This document shows, in pieces, positions 1 to 9,504 of a stretch of DNA of 64,000 nucleotides. Both the position numbers and the translations under genes were made by a program. The notes below the pieces were generated by a model. That model ran no database searches. It was not told the DNA's origin and saw only the letters and a list, made by a program, of their open reading frames with translations. Position 1 is the first letter of the stretch; each line of letters starts with the position of its first letter. Source of the DNA: an uncultured Bulleidia sp. (lineage in GTDB: Bacteria > Bacillota_I > Bacilli_A > Erysipelotrichales > Erysipelotrichaceae). The stretch spans positions 7,747 to 71,746 of the forward strand of contig CAKVBD010000007.1 of assembly GCA_934725105.1 (NCBI GenBank). The letters are read 5' to 3'.

Positions 1-24
1 TTTTTTCAAAAAGATATTTTGCAG

Positions 25-816
25 TTAGAATTTAGATAATCCATTCCTTCTTGCTTTTTTCATCATTGCATCATATATCTTTGTTCCAGCGAATGTATAA
101 AGTACATTTACAATCACAAATACAATGATTTCACATTGCAAAGGAAGAATCAGTGAGCTTCCAAATAAGAGGTTTCTTACAAGATCTAGACCCCAGGTAA
201 ATGGAAAGAGAAGTGAAATGGCAAGAAATGGAGTGGGTAACTGGATGACAGGGAAATAGAGACCTCCTAAAAAAGGTGCAATATTTGCGATTAAAGAGAT
301 GAATTGATCTGCTTCTTTGAAATAGATTGCAAATCCCATTAATATTTCCGCAAAGCCATATGTTCCAAAAGCCATTATTAATGCAATTCCTAAAAAGGAA
401 AGAATACTTTTTACTGTGAGTAAATGAAATGAAGTAAGCAAGAAAATAACAATCAATGGAATCATTTCAAATACAATTGAAACAACACCACTCACAGCCC
501 ATCCAAATACATAATGCATTCCTTTCAAAGGCATATTCATCATATATTCAAAGTTTCCTTCTTTTAGCTTTCGACGGATTTCAAATACAGCTGACCACAT
601 GTTTTCCACAAATTGCCAAAGAATTAATGAAAATAACATGTATTGGATATATTCTGTTTTGCTTTGAATGCCAGATATTTCTAGATTTCCAAATAAAAGA
701 ATGGCAATCGAAGGAAATATCAGCAATATAGCATCTGTGCTTGCAGAGAAGATTTCGATTTTATATCGAAACTTTTCTTTTAGTTCCATCTGCAGAAGAG
801 TGAATGCTTTTACCAT
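25..816 (-). CDS. ABC-2 type exporter permease subunit
   Basis: 263-aa polytopic membrane protein. ATGGTAA start/stop overlap with the upstream permease, last gene of a 3-gene ABC operon. Confidence 0.7.
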   Translation of the reverse strand: MVKAFTLLQMELKEKFRYKIEIFSASTDAILLIFPSIAILLFGNLEISGIQSKTEYIQYMLFSLILWQFVENMWSAVFEIRRKLKEGNFEYMMNMPLKGMHYVFGWAVSGVVSIVFEMIPLIVIFLLTSFHLLTVKSILSFLGIALIMAFGTYGFAEILMGFAIYFKEADQFISLIANIAPFLGGLYFPVIQLPTPFLAISLLFPFTWGLDLVRNLLFGSSLILPLQCEIIVFVIVNVLYTFAGTKIYDAMMKKARRNGLSKF

Positions 817-1538
817 TGTTCTGTATCTCCTTTCTTTCTTAATGTTGAAATATCATTTTGAATAATTGCATAGCCAAACATTGCAAATGCAAAAGAAAGA
901 ATCACAGGAACAAGCAACCATAATGGGTGAATGGTAAATGTATTGTTTCTTGCTAGAGAAATCGTATATGTTAATGGAATGACATATGATACAAACTGAA
1001 TGATTTGTGGATATCTTTTGATATCTGTGGAATATCCACTGAAAAAACCAATGATTTGTTGAACCAATGCATTGACTGATCCAAGCTTTCTGAATTTCAG
1101 AGTGAAACCAAGGAATAGGATTCCCATATTGGCAGTGATAATGTCATTGATCAATAAAATAACAATAAAATGCAGAAGATCAGGAATATGAACATTACAG
1201 AGAGAAAAGAAAAAAATCTGTAGTAATGAAATGAGATAACTTTCAATGCCGATCTGTAATGCTTTGGCAATGAAATATTGTCTGAATTGCACAGGGTATA
1301 GAAACAGGTTTGTAAAAGTACCATCCATTCTTTCTTCTTCCATGAATCCACCAATACCAAAAAAAGCTTGATTTAGTCCAAACCAGCATAACATACCTTT
1401 TAATGTGAGTACCTGCTGATCAGGGGGAACCATATAAATATAAGGTGCAATCATAAAGAATGTGCCAAAAACAAGATTGATCAACAACCATTTGTAGCGA
1501 AGATCAACCTTCAGAAATTTCTTCAAATGATTCCACAT
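810..1538 (-). CDS. ABC-2 type exporter permease subunit
   Basis: 242-aa polytopic membrane protein. Its 5' end overlaps the 3' end of the ATPase gene, so the exact start is uncertain. Confidence 0.65.
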   Translation of the reverse strand: MWNHLKKFLKVDLRYKWLLINLVFGTFFMIAPYIYMVPPDQQVLTLKGMLCWFGLNQAFFGIGGFMEEERMDGTFTNLFLYPVQFRQYFIAKALQIGIESYLISLLQIFFFSLCNVHIPDLLHFIVILLINDIITANMGILFLGFTLKFRKLGSVNALVQQIIGFFSGYSTDIKRYPQIIQFVSYVIPLTYTISLARNNTFTIHPLWLLVPVILSFAFAMFGYAIIQNDISTLRKKGDTEQW

Positions 1539-2178
1539 TTTTGATCTTTCCTTCCTCTATCAAATAGTTTTTGACGTGATTGGTATTATGGATGCCTGTA
1601 TGAGAAACAAGAAATACAGTATTCCCATTTTGAACATGTTCTTGCAGCATATCTTCAACAATCGTGCATGTATCTTTATCTAGACCATTCATAACTTCAT
1701 CCGCAAATATAATATCTGGATCATTTAAGAATGCACGTGCTACCATAACTTTCTTTTTCATTCCTGTAGAAAAGTTTTCTACCAGTGTTTTATCATTTTT
1801 TAGATGTAATCGATCTAGTAAAGAAACAATGCGCTCGTCGAGTTCTTTCTTTGGAATGTTTTGGATTCTGCCAATGTAATACAGATTTTCATATGCAGAT
1901 AATTTGTGATACAAAGAACGATCATCTGCCGTAACAATGCCAATATGATTTAAGTATTCATTTCTACTTTTTTCGATATCTTTTTCATTCCAGTAAACTG
2001 TTCCTTCATCTGGAATCATCAAACCATACATGATTTTCAATAAAGTACTTTTTCCACAGCCATTATTACCGTTCAATAAGTGAATATATCCACGTTGGAA
2101 ATCCATAGTTATATGATCTAGTACTTGCTGAGTATCGAAAGATTTGCTGATATTTTCGACTTTAATTTCTGTTTCCAT
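1504..2178 (-). CDS. ABC transporter ATP-binding protein
   Basis: Walker A GNNGCGKST, ABC signature LSTGMKKK, Walker B IIFADE. 224 aa. Confidence 0.85.
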   Translation of the reverse strand: METEIKVENISKSFDTQQVLDHITMDFQRGYIHLLNGNNGCGKSTLLKIMYGLMIPDEGTVYWNEKDIEKSRNEYLNHIGIVTADDRSLYHKLSAYENLYYIGRIQNIPKKELDERIVSLLDRLHLKNDKTLVENFSTGMKKKVMVARAFLNDPDIIFADEVMNGLDKDTCTIVEDMLQEHVQNGNTVFLVSHTGIHNTNHVKNYLIEEGKIKNVESFEEISEG

Positions 2179-2225
2179 GAATTCTGAATGCCCCGCTTTC
2201 GATTTCTTCAGTTAAATCTAGTATT

Positions 2226-3236
2226 TTATAACAAATGAATATTGTGCTTTTCACATTCATCAATCATTTTCTGTGGCCAGATACTAGCTTGTACTTCACC
2301 AACATGTGCTTTATTTAATAAAAGCATGCAGAGTCTGGATTGACCAATACCACCGCCAATTGTGTATGGCAGTTCTTTGTTTTGAATCATTTGATGATAA
2401 GGAAGTGTGAGTCTACCTTCACAATGAGATGCTTTACATTGAGAAACAATAGTGTCTTCATCAACACGGATACCCATAGAAGAAATTTCCAGTGCACGAT
2501 TTAAAGAAGGCAGCCAGAATAATAAATCTCCATTGAGATTCCAGTCATCATAGTCAGGAGCTCTACCATCATGTGGTTTTCCGCTTCTTTTTAATGGATG
2601 ACCAATCTGTTTGATGAATACACATTTATGCTCTCTTGTAATGGCATTTTCTCTATCTTTGACAGATAAATCTGGATAGCGATCTTCTAGTTCCTGAGAA
2701 GTAATGAAATACACTTCATCAGCTAAATGGCATACTGCTTCTGGATATTTATACCAGACTTCATGTTCCATATGCTTGATTACTTTGAAGATTTCTTTGA
2801 CTGTTGCTTCTAATACTTCTTCTGTTCTTTCTTCTTTTGTGATGATTTTTTCCCAGTCCCATTGATCAACATAGACAGAATGCAGGTTATCTACGATTTC
2901 ATCTCTGCGGATGGCATTCATGTTTGTATAAAGACCTTCATGTTCCTTGAAACCGTATTTCTTTAACGCAAATCTTTTCCATTTTGCTAATGACTGAACA
3001 ACTTCAATTCTTTCATCAGGCAGTTCCTGGATGTCAAAGTTGACAGGTCTTTCAATGCCATTTAAGTTATCATTCAAACCAGAAGATTTTGTGACAAACA
3101 AAGGTGCAGAAATTCTTAATAATCCTAGTTCTTTTCCAAATTCTCTCTGGAATGTATCACGAATATATTTGATTGCTTCTTGTGTCTGCATGACAGACAA
3201 TACTGGTTCATAGTTTTCAGGTGTAATTAAATTCAT
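2226..3236 (-). CDS. asnA: aspartate--ammonia ligase (asparagine synthetase A)
   Basis: Conserved AsnA motifs [37 protein letters not shown]. Start placed at MNLITPE, 29 codons inside the ORF-track start. Confidence 0.85.
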   Translation of the reverse strand: MNLITPENYEPVLSVMQTQEAIKYIRDTFQREFGKELGLLRISAPLFVTKSSGLNDNLNGIERPVNFDIQELPDERIEVVQSLAKWKRFALKKYGFKEHEGLYTNMNAIRRDEIVDNLHSVYVDQWDWEKIITKEERTEEVLEATVKEIFKVIKHMEHEVWYKYPEAVCHLADEVYFITSQELEDRYPDLSVKDRENAITREHKCVFIKQIGHPLKRSGKPHDGRAPDYDDWNLNGDLLFWLPSLNRALEISSMGIRVDEDTIVSQCKASHCEGRLTLPYHQMIQNKELPYTIGGGIGQSRLCMLLLNKAHVGEVQASIWPQKMIDECEKHNIHLL

Positions 3237-3349
3237 ATCTTTTTCCCTCTTAATGCAAACCATTATACAAGAACACAATAGAAACGAGCATGAAACTTGC
3301 GAAATAGCAGGTAAAATGTACAATTAAAAATGAAAGAAGAGAAAATTAT

Positions 3350-4225
3350 ATGACAAGAGTAGATATCGCAATTATTGGCAGTGGTCCTGCAGGACTAGAA
3401 GCAGCTTTGACTGCGAAAAATAGAAATAAATCCATTCAGATCTTTGGTACAAAAGATTTATCTAACAAGATGCAGGTAATTGATCATCCAATTACAAACT
3501 ATCTTGGTTTATCAAATGTAACTGGAAAACAAATGGCTGAAGCATTTTTGAATCAAATGCATGATGCTGGAATTGAAATTACAGAATCTAAAGTGACAAC
3601 AGTATATGCAATGGGTGAGTATTTTGCATTACAGCTAAGTAACAATGAAATGGTGGAAGCAGAAAGTGTGATCCTGGCAAGTGGTGTTGTTGCGGGAAAA
3701 CCATTCAAGGGAGAAAGTGAATTCCTTGGTAGAGGTGTTTCGTATTGTGCAACATGTGATGCACCATTATATAAAGGAAAAGATGTAATTGTTATTGGTG
3801 GTTCAAAGGAAGAAGAAAGTGAAGCGGAATTCCTTGGAGAAGTATGTAATTCTGTAAAGTATATTCCTTTGTATAAAGGTGAGATTGTATTCAAACATGA
3901 CAATATTGTTGTGGTGAATGAAAAACCTGTTGAGATCAAAGGTATGATGAAAGCAAATACTTTAGTGACGGATCAGAATGAATATTCTACAGATTGTGTG
4001 TTTGTATTAAGAGCGGCACAATTTCCAACACAGTTAGTTCCTGGATTACAGGTAGAAGGTAATGCTGTAAAAGTGGATCGTGAAATGAAAACGAATATTC
4101 CTGGTATCTTTGCAGCTGGCGATATTGTTGGCTTGCCATATCAGTTTATTAAATCTGCTGGTGAAGGAAATATTGCGGCAATCTCTGCAGCTGCATATGT
4201 TGATCAAAAGCTAAGAAACAGATGA
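3350..4225 (+). CDS. thioredoxin reductase-like FAD/NAD(P)-dependent disulfide oxidoreductase
   Basis: N-terminal GSGPAGLEAA dinucleotide fold, redox CATCD motif followed by a VIVIGG second Rossmann motif. 291 aa, shorter than canonical TrxB. Confidence 0.7.
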   Translation: MTRVDIAIIGSGPAGLEAALTAKNRNKSIQIFGTKDLSNKMQVIDHPITNYLGLSNVTGKQMAEAFLNQMHDAGIEITESKVTTVYAMGEYFALQLSNNEMVEAESVILASGVVAGKPFKGESEFLGRGVSYCATCDAPLYKGKDVIVIGGSKEEESEAEFLGEVCNSVKYIPLYKGEIVFKHDNIVVVNEKPVEIKGMMKANTLVTDQNEYSTDCVFVLRAAQFPTQLVPGLQVEGNAVKVDREMKTNIPGIFAAGDIVGLPYQFIKSAGEGNIAAISAAAYVDQKLRNR

Positions 4226-4251
4226 GGTATCCATAATGGATATCTTTTCTT

Positions 4252-4794
4252 TTGAAAAACATAGTTATTGTCAAAGTGACTTTAAATAAATTGTCAATTA
4301 GACTATTACGTTTATGCGTACATCGTTATGGTATTGATGCGATGAGTGCAATGGCACAAGGTTTATTTGCAAGCTTATTGATTGGAACAATCATTAAGAC
4401 ATTAGGGCAGCAGACAGGCATTGATTTCTTGGTAAATGCAGGTACATATGCAAGCAGTGTTGCTGGACCTACAATGGCAGCTTCTATTGGCTATGCATTG
4501 CATGCACCACAGCTTGTATTATTCTCATTGATTGCAGTGGGTGCTTCTGCGAATGAATTAGGTGGCGCAGGTGGACCATTGGCTGTTTACTTGATTGCTA
4601 TCGTTGCAAGTGAAGTTGGAAAGCTTGTTTCAAAAGAAACAAAAGTAGATATTCTAGTCACACCTGCAGTAACAATACTTGTTGGTGTTGGATTAAGTGT
4701 ATTATGTGCACCTGCGATTGGTGCGGCTGCAAGTTCTGTTGGAAATTTAATTATGTGGGCTACAGAATTACAGCCATTCTTGATGGGTATTCTT
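4252..4794 (+). pseudogene. PTS EIIC (PTS_EIIC_2 family) N-terminal fragment
   Basis: MAQGLFASLLIGTII...LVTPAVTILVGVGLS...MGIL matches the N-terminal half of PTS_EIIC_2 permeases. Homology ends at 4794, where the antisense of a transposase gene begins. The C-terminal half resumes at 7621. Confidence 0.7.
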
Positions 4795-4795
4795 T

Positions 4796-5417
4796 TATTT
4801 TTCGGAATCTTGCGGCGTACTTTTCTTTTCAGGTCAAGATTGGTGATAGAAACGCCGGCATCCTGAAATACGCCATCTTCGATATATGTATACAGTGTTC
4901 TTTCGGATACTTTGATTTCCGGATGGTTCTGACAGATGACATAGAGAGACTGTCCCTGTTCCAGAAGAGGCTTGATAAGAAGACCGAGATCTCTGATTTC
5001 ATTGACTGTAGCGTTGACACCGGCACGTGCATCACAGAGCATTTCAACATATTCTTTCTGTGCAGCATCCGCTTCATACTTGTACTTGTCGAACCGGCAG
5101 CGCTTGTATCTTTCGCAGCCGTTGCATGCGCCAGGAGAGCGGTCACGTTTTTTACAGATGAAAGGCTTGAAGGAAGGACATTCCTTAGAACAGTGGTGCG
5201 AATACTTGTTAGGACATTTTCCGGCATCAATGCACTCGACAGGATACTTGGATTTGTAAGAGAGAGTGCGATGATTCCTGATTTCCTTTCCAATTGTAGA
5301 TTTGTCTTTGCCAAGCGTATCAGCGATGGACTTTTTAGAAGAATTATTTTCAATACCGCGTTGAATGATTCTGCGTTCGTCATCAGTTAAATGTAAATTC
5401 TTGTTTGATGTTGCCAT
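4796..5417 (-). mobile_element. IS30-family transposase gene, 3'-truncated (HTH and linker only, no DDE domain)
   Basis: MATSNKNLHLTDDERRIIQRGIENNSSKKSIADTLGKDKSTIGKEIRNHR is an IS30-type HTH. The following YxxxxAxxxY and LLEQGQS...TLYTYI segments match the IS30 transposase linker. The protein stops being transposase-like at about 4796, directly against the PTS fragment, and no GHWEGD-type DDE core is present. RBS AAAGGAAA precedes the ATG at 5417. Confidence 0.6.
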
Positions 5418-5845
5418 AGTATGATTTCCTTTCTGAGAGGCAACACATCCAGCTGAGAAAAATAAAACATTATGAAAGAGTAAAATCAACTGGAAGTTGG
5501 TGAAATAGTAAATTCTATTCTGTGTATACGAAAGTGGAATTTGACTTTTCAGTTCAGCTCTCCAGTATAGGTAGTATTTATAAAAATTCTAGACTTATAA
5601 TGAAAATAAATATCATGTATAACGATTAGAATAGCTCAGGAATATACTCTTACTAAAAGCTAATAATTGGCAAATACTATGTACAATAAATGATATGTAA
5701 AGATATTGATATTGTCATGTTTTATGCTAAACTGCGGTTGTAAACATATATGTTTGTGAGGAGCAAATATGAATTATCAAAATAATGCAAGGTATAAGAA
5801 CGGTGACATTTAGTCTTCCATCAATAATATTTTGAAGGAGATTTT

Positions 5846-6292
5846 ATGTTGAAAAAAATAGTATTCGTTTTAGTAATTCTTCTTCTTCTATCGTCATGTA
5901 GTAAAAACACGAAAATACCTTTGGATCAAAGTACTATTGACAAACTAAATTTGGATGATACATCAGTTCATTTATATGCAATCACTATAGATCAGTTGAC
6001 GAATAGCTCAGATTCTAAAGGTCTTAATGGTTATGTATTACTGTTGAGACCAGATTGTAAAGGGTGTCAAACTTTTGTTACAGAGTTTAATGAATACTCA
6101 TCTTCAAATAAAATAAATTCAGATATTTACGTGCTTGATACTACAATATTAACTGATGAGGAAAAAGAAACATTATTCACTGTGTATTCAGTGACTTCTG
6201 TTCCTTCAATTATGGTGTTTGAAAGTGGCAATTTCATTTCATTAGAAGTGGGAATTTCTTCGAAGGGACAGCTATCAAGTATTCTAAAATAA
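5846..6292 (+). CDS. thioredoxin-fold CxxC lipoprotein, putative thiol-disulfide oxidoreductase
   Basis: Lipoprotein signal with lipobox LLSSC. CKGC motif in a roughly 120-aa Trx-like body. RBS AAGGAG 6 nt upstream. First gene of a tight 3-gene cassette. Confidence 0.6.
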   Translation: MLKKIVFVLVILLLLSSCSKNTKIPLDQSTIDKLNLDDTSVHLYAITIDQLTNSSDSKGLNGYVLLLRPDCKGCQTFVTEFNEYSSSNKINSDIYVLDTTILTDEEKETLFTVYSVTSVPSIMVFESGNFISLEVGISSKGQLSSILK

Positions 6293-6306
6293 TTTGAGGA
6301 AAATCT

Positions 6307-6918
6307 ATGATAAAGAGAATATTTTCTGTAATATTAATTATTACCCTTTCGCTCACTTCTTTTATCCCGATTAGCGCTAAAACTTCTATTTCTTCTGAAA
6401 ATGAATTTAAAGAAATTGTTGAAAAATCTAAATACTATAAAGATTATGCAGATGAAGTTATTCAATATGATGTTTTACGTAAAGTTGAGACAGATGAAGG
6501 TACAAGATTTACCATTGAGTATAATCTCAAAACTGAAGAAGATGAATATGTACGAAACTTGGTTTTTATTGGAGATGAAAATGGTGAATTCCTCGAAGTT
6601 CTACTAACAATTGGCAAAGATGATTTGTTATCGGTTAATGATTTGATTAAGCAACATAAGACTAATATTTATATAGAAACAATAGGGCGCGTCTACCAAT
6701 GTATTAAGTATACATGCAAATCATGGTCATATGATGCGTCGTATCAATCTAGTCCTGGTTGCACTGCTATTGTAGGGAAGCCTTGTGAGATTTTTAGTTT
6801 GATGAAAAAAAAGATTGTTGCTGCTATATGTAAATCAGGAGTTTGGGCAGCGTGTCATTTTAGTGTTGATAAAGTTTGTACTGGTTATTATGAAACGTTT
6901 GATGTGTGTGATTTATGA
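6307..6918 (+). CDS. secreted protein with C-terminal 10-cysteine domain (candidate toxin or bacteriocin-like protein)
   Basis: Sec signal peptide ending ISAKTS, acidic middle region, and 10 Cys in the last 80 residues. No recognisable family. RBS GAGGA upstream. The stop overlaps the next gene as ATGA. Confidence 0.55.
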   Translation: MIKRIFSVILIITLSLTSFIPISAKTSISSENEFKEIVEKSKYYKDYADEVIQYDVLRKVETDEGTRFTIEYNLKTEEDEYVRNLVFIGDENGEFLEVLLTIGKDDLLSVNDLIKQHKTNIYIETIGRVYQCIKYTCKSWSYDASYQSSPGCTAIVGKPCEIFSLMKKKIVAAICKSGVWAACHFSVDKVCTGYYETFDVCDL

Positions 6919-7382
6919 AGAAAGTAAATGTGTTTAAATATACTGGTATTTTTATTGGTGTATTGATTATTACTTTTGTTGTTATGACATATGTATCGGA
7001 ATATATTTATAGCATGATTGGTGCAAGAGTTAACTTTAGCTTATCATTTATTGTTATTGAGTTTGTGAAGTTTGGTATCATTTATGATTTGACATTTGGT
7101 TTATTAACTACACTAATATGTATCTACATGTTCAAGAAATTTGTTGACAAATGTAAACAGAATCATAGTTTGATTTACTACCAACTATTAGAACTAGAGA
7201 AAGAATCTTGGTGTTGTTATGTGGTTGTATTAGTCGCAATACTAGCAGGGTTTATGTTAAAGAATCCAGTATTTATTATCTTTGCAAGTTTAGCTATTGT
7301 AATCTTAAATCCAATTTATAGTGTTATCTTAGTGCTAAAGAAAGATTTAAAGAATTTAGCTGTTTCAAAAGCTGCTAGTTGA
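6915..7382 (+). CDS. small 4-TM integral membrane protein (putative immunity protein)
   Basis: 155 aa with four hydrophobic helices. Translationally coupled to the Cys-rich protein gene. Hairpin TTGAGGT/ACCTCAA follows at 7404-7423. Confidence 0.5.
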   Translation: MKKVNVFKYTGIFIGVLIITFVVMTYVSEYIYSMIGARVNFSLSFIVIEFVKFGIIYDLTFGLLTTLICIYMFKKFVDKCKQNHSLIYYQLLELEKESWCCYVVVLVAILAGFMLKNPVFIIFASLAIVILNPIYSVILVLKKDLKNLAVSKAAS

Positions 7383-7620
7383 AGAAAAATGGTGTTTTAT
7401 AATTGAGGTTTATTTTACCTCAAACAACTTAGATACTTAAATTACATGAAGATCAAATGATCAATGAGTTATGTGAAACTCAACTGATTATTTTGGTCTT
7501 TTAATGAGCTAAAACGGTACTTCTTCAGGTCCTTTACTTATGTTGTAACGTAAGCGTCAAATAAATACCGTCTACAAAAATATCTCCAGTCTAGGATAAT
7601 CATATCCAGAAGGGAGATAT

Positions 7621-8010
7621 TTTATATCTGTACTTGTTGGTATTGCGTTAACACTTCCAATTTCTTCTGCCGCAATCTGTGCTGCACTTGGCTTAACAGG
7701 TTTGGCTGGTGGAGCTGCAGTTGCTGGATGTTGTGCACAAATGATTGGCTTTGCCTGCATGAGCTATAAAGAAAATGGTATTGGAGGTCTTGTATCACAA
7801 GGGATTGGTACAAGTACGCTTCAGATGCCAAATATCATCAAGAATCCGAAAACATAGATTCCGCCAATTCTTGCTTCTGCAATTACAGCGTTTGACTGGA
7901 TTGGATTAGTCATGATCTCTTTTATCTTGCCTGCAGTATTAAGTGTTATCTTCTGTAATATTTTACGTAAGAAACAATGGATCAAAGAAAACGATCTTAA
8001 ATTAAACTAA
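7621..8010 (+). pseudogene. PTS EIIC (PTS_EIIC_2 family) C-terminal fragment with in-frame TAG
   Basis: SVLVGIALTLPISSAAICAALGLTGLAGGAAVAGCCAQ continues the family sequence that stops at 4794. An in-frame TAG at 7855-7857 sits where homologs have W. The frame then continues IPPILASAITA... to the TAA at 8008. Confidence 0.65.
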
Positions 8011-8057
8011 TCAAAAAAGGAACAATTCATTTTTGAAGTGAATGTTCCTTTTTTAGT
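8011..8057. terminator. bidirectional intrinsic terminator
   Basis: AAGGAACAATTCA / TGAATGTTCCTT stem flanked by A-runs and T-runs, between convergent genes. Confidence 0.6.
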
Positions 8058-9386
8058 TTAAAACTGGATTGTTTTTCTAATGATCATGATGGATATGAGT
8101 GATGCAACTGTTTCACTGATCCAGAATGCATGCCATACACCACTTGCTCCTAAGAATCTAGATAATACATAGGATACAGGAATGATGACAATGATATAGC
8201 GAAGTGCTGAAATAACAAGAGATGGATTTCCTTTTCCGAGACCTTCTAATACACCACAAACAATGACAGAAATGGAAGAAATGACAAATCCACTGCTGAT
8301 GATATGTAATGCAGAAGAACCTGCACGGATCGTTTCTGTGTTCTGTGTGAATAAATGCATGAGATCATTTGCAAAAAGCCAGCAGATGCATGTTCCAATA
8401 AACATGATAGAAACTGCAAGTAACAATGAAGTAAAGAAAATCTTTTTCACTCTTTCATGTTCTTTTGCACCATAGTTATATCCAATTAATGGACGAATAC
8501 CTTGTACAATGCCATTGACTGTTAAATAGATAAATGTCTGTAACTTATAGTAGATTCCTAAAACCAGTACATACATGTCTGAGAACTCTGCCAGGATACC
8601 ATTTAATAACGTGATCATAATGGATGGTAGAGAGAGGTTCATTGTTGCTGGCAAGCCAACACTGTAGATTCTTTTACAGATTGTTTTCTGGAACATTTCT
8701 TTTGAAAAATGAATGCGTAGTTGAGATTCTTTTGTGAAATAGATAATCAAATAGATGACAAGTGTAAGTACTTGGCCAATACCTGTTGCTAATGCTGCAC
8801 CAGCAATTCCCATTTCAGGAAAGAAGCCAATACCGAAGATCATCATTGGATCAAGAATAATATTACAGATACATCCACATAGCATCGCAATCATGGAGAC
8901 TGTCATTTTTCCTTCTGCCTGATAGATCTTTTCATAGGCAATGGCAATAGAGTTTGGGAAGTTAAACAGGAATGCAAGTGTTCCATATGTAATGCCATTT
9001 TGAATGACTTCAGGATTTGTTGTGAATAGATGCAGGAATGGACGCAATACGCCAATACATCCAACAGTTAACAGGATACCGTGAATCATGGAAAGAAATA
9101 ATCCTAAGGATACAGTATCGTTTGCTTTTTTCTGATCTTGTGCACCGAGGTAGAAAGATGCAATGGCATTGACGCCAATTCCATGTCCTACGGCAACTGC
9201 AGTCACAATCAGCTGTAAAGGATACACAAGAGAAATGGAAGTCATTGCGCTTTCCGATATCTGTGCGACGAAATAACTATCGACAATGTTATAAAGTGCA
9301 TTGACAAGCATTCCCAATACCATTGGCAATGACATTGTTAATACAAGTGGTAATATCTTTTTTTCTTTCATGTATGTTTGATTCAT
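8058..9386 (-). CDS. MATE family efflux transporter
   Basis: 12-TM protein with the MATE N-terminal pattern LPMVLGMLVNALYNIVDSYFV. Start set at MNQTYM with RBS GGAGGTG. Confidence 0.8.
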   Translation of the reverse strand: MNQTYMKEKKILPLVLTMSLPMVLGMLVNALYNIVDSYFVAQISESAMTSISLVYPLQLIVTAVAVGHGIGVNAIASFYLGAQDQKKANDTVSLGLFLSMIHGILLTVGCIGVLRPFLHLFTTNPEVIQNGITYGTLAFLFNFPNSIAIAYEKIYQAEGKMTVSMIAMLCGCICNIILDPMMIFGIGFFPEMGIAGAALATGIGQVLTLVIYLIIYFTKESQLRIHFSKEMFQKTICKRIYSVGLPATMNLSLPSIMITLLNGILAEFSDMYVLVLGIYYKLQTFIYLTVNGIVQGIRPLIGYNYGAKEHERVKKIFFTSLLLAVSIMFIGTCICWLFANDLMHLFTQNTETIRAGSSALHIISSGFVISSISVIVCGVLEGLGKGNPSLVISALRYIIVIIPVSYVLSRFLGASGVWHAFWISETVASLISIMIIRKTIQF

Positions 9387-9504
9387 TGTTGTCACCTCCA
9401 TAAAAAAATCGTCACAAATAATATGTGACGAAAAGTGGGGCTATTTCCCCAGAAAAATTCACATGAAGTTTTAGCGGTAGAGATAATACTATAGTTGTAT
9501 TCAA

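Noticed and set aside
4704-5390. 228-aa plus-strand ORF and 184-aa minus-strand ORF overlapping the IS30 transposase region
   Set aside because: They are alternative frames or antisense of the transposase HTH/linker coding sequence, and the transposase frame carries the recognisable motifs.
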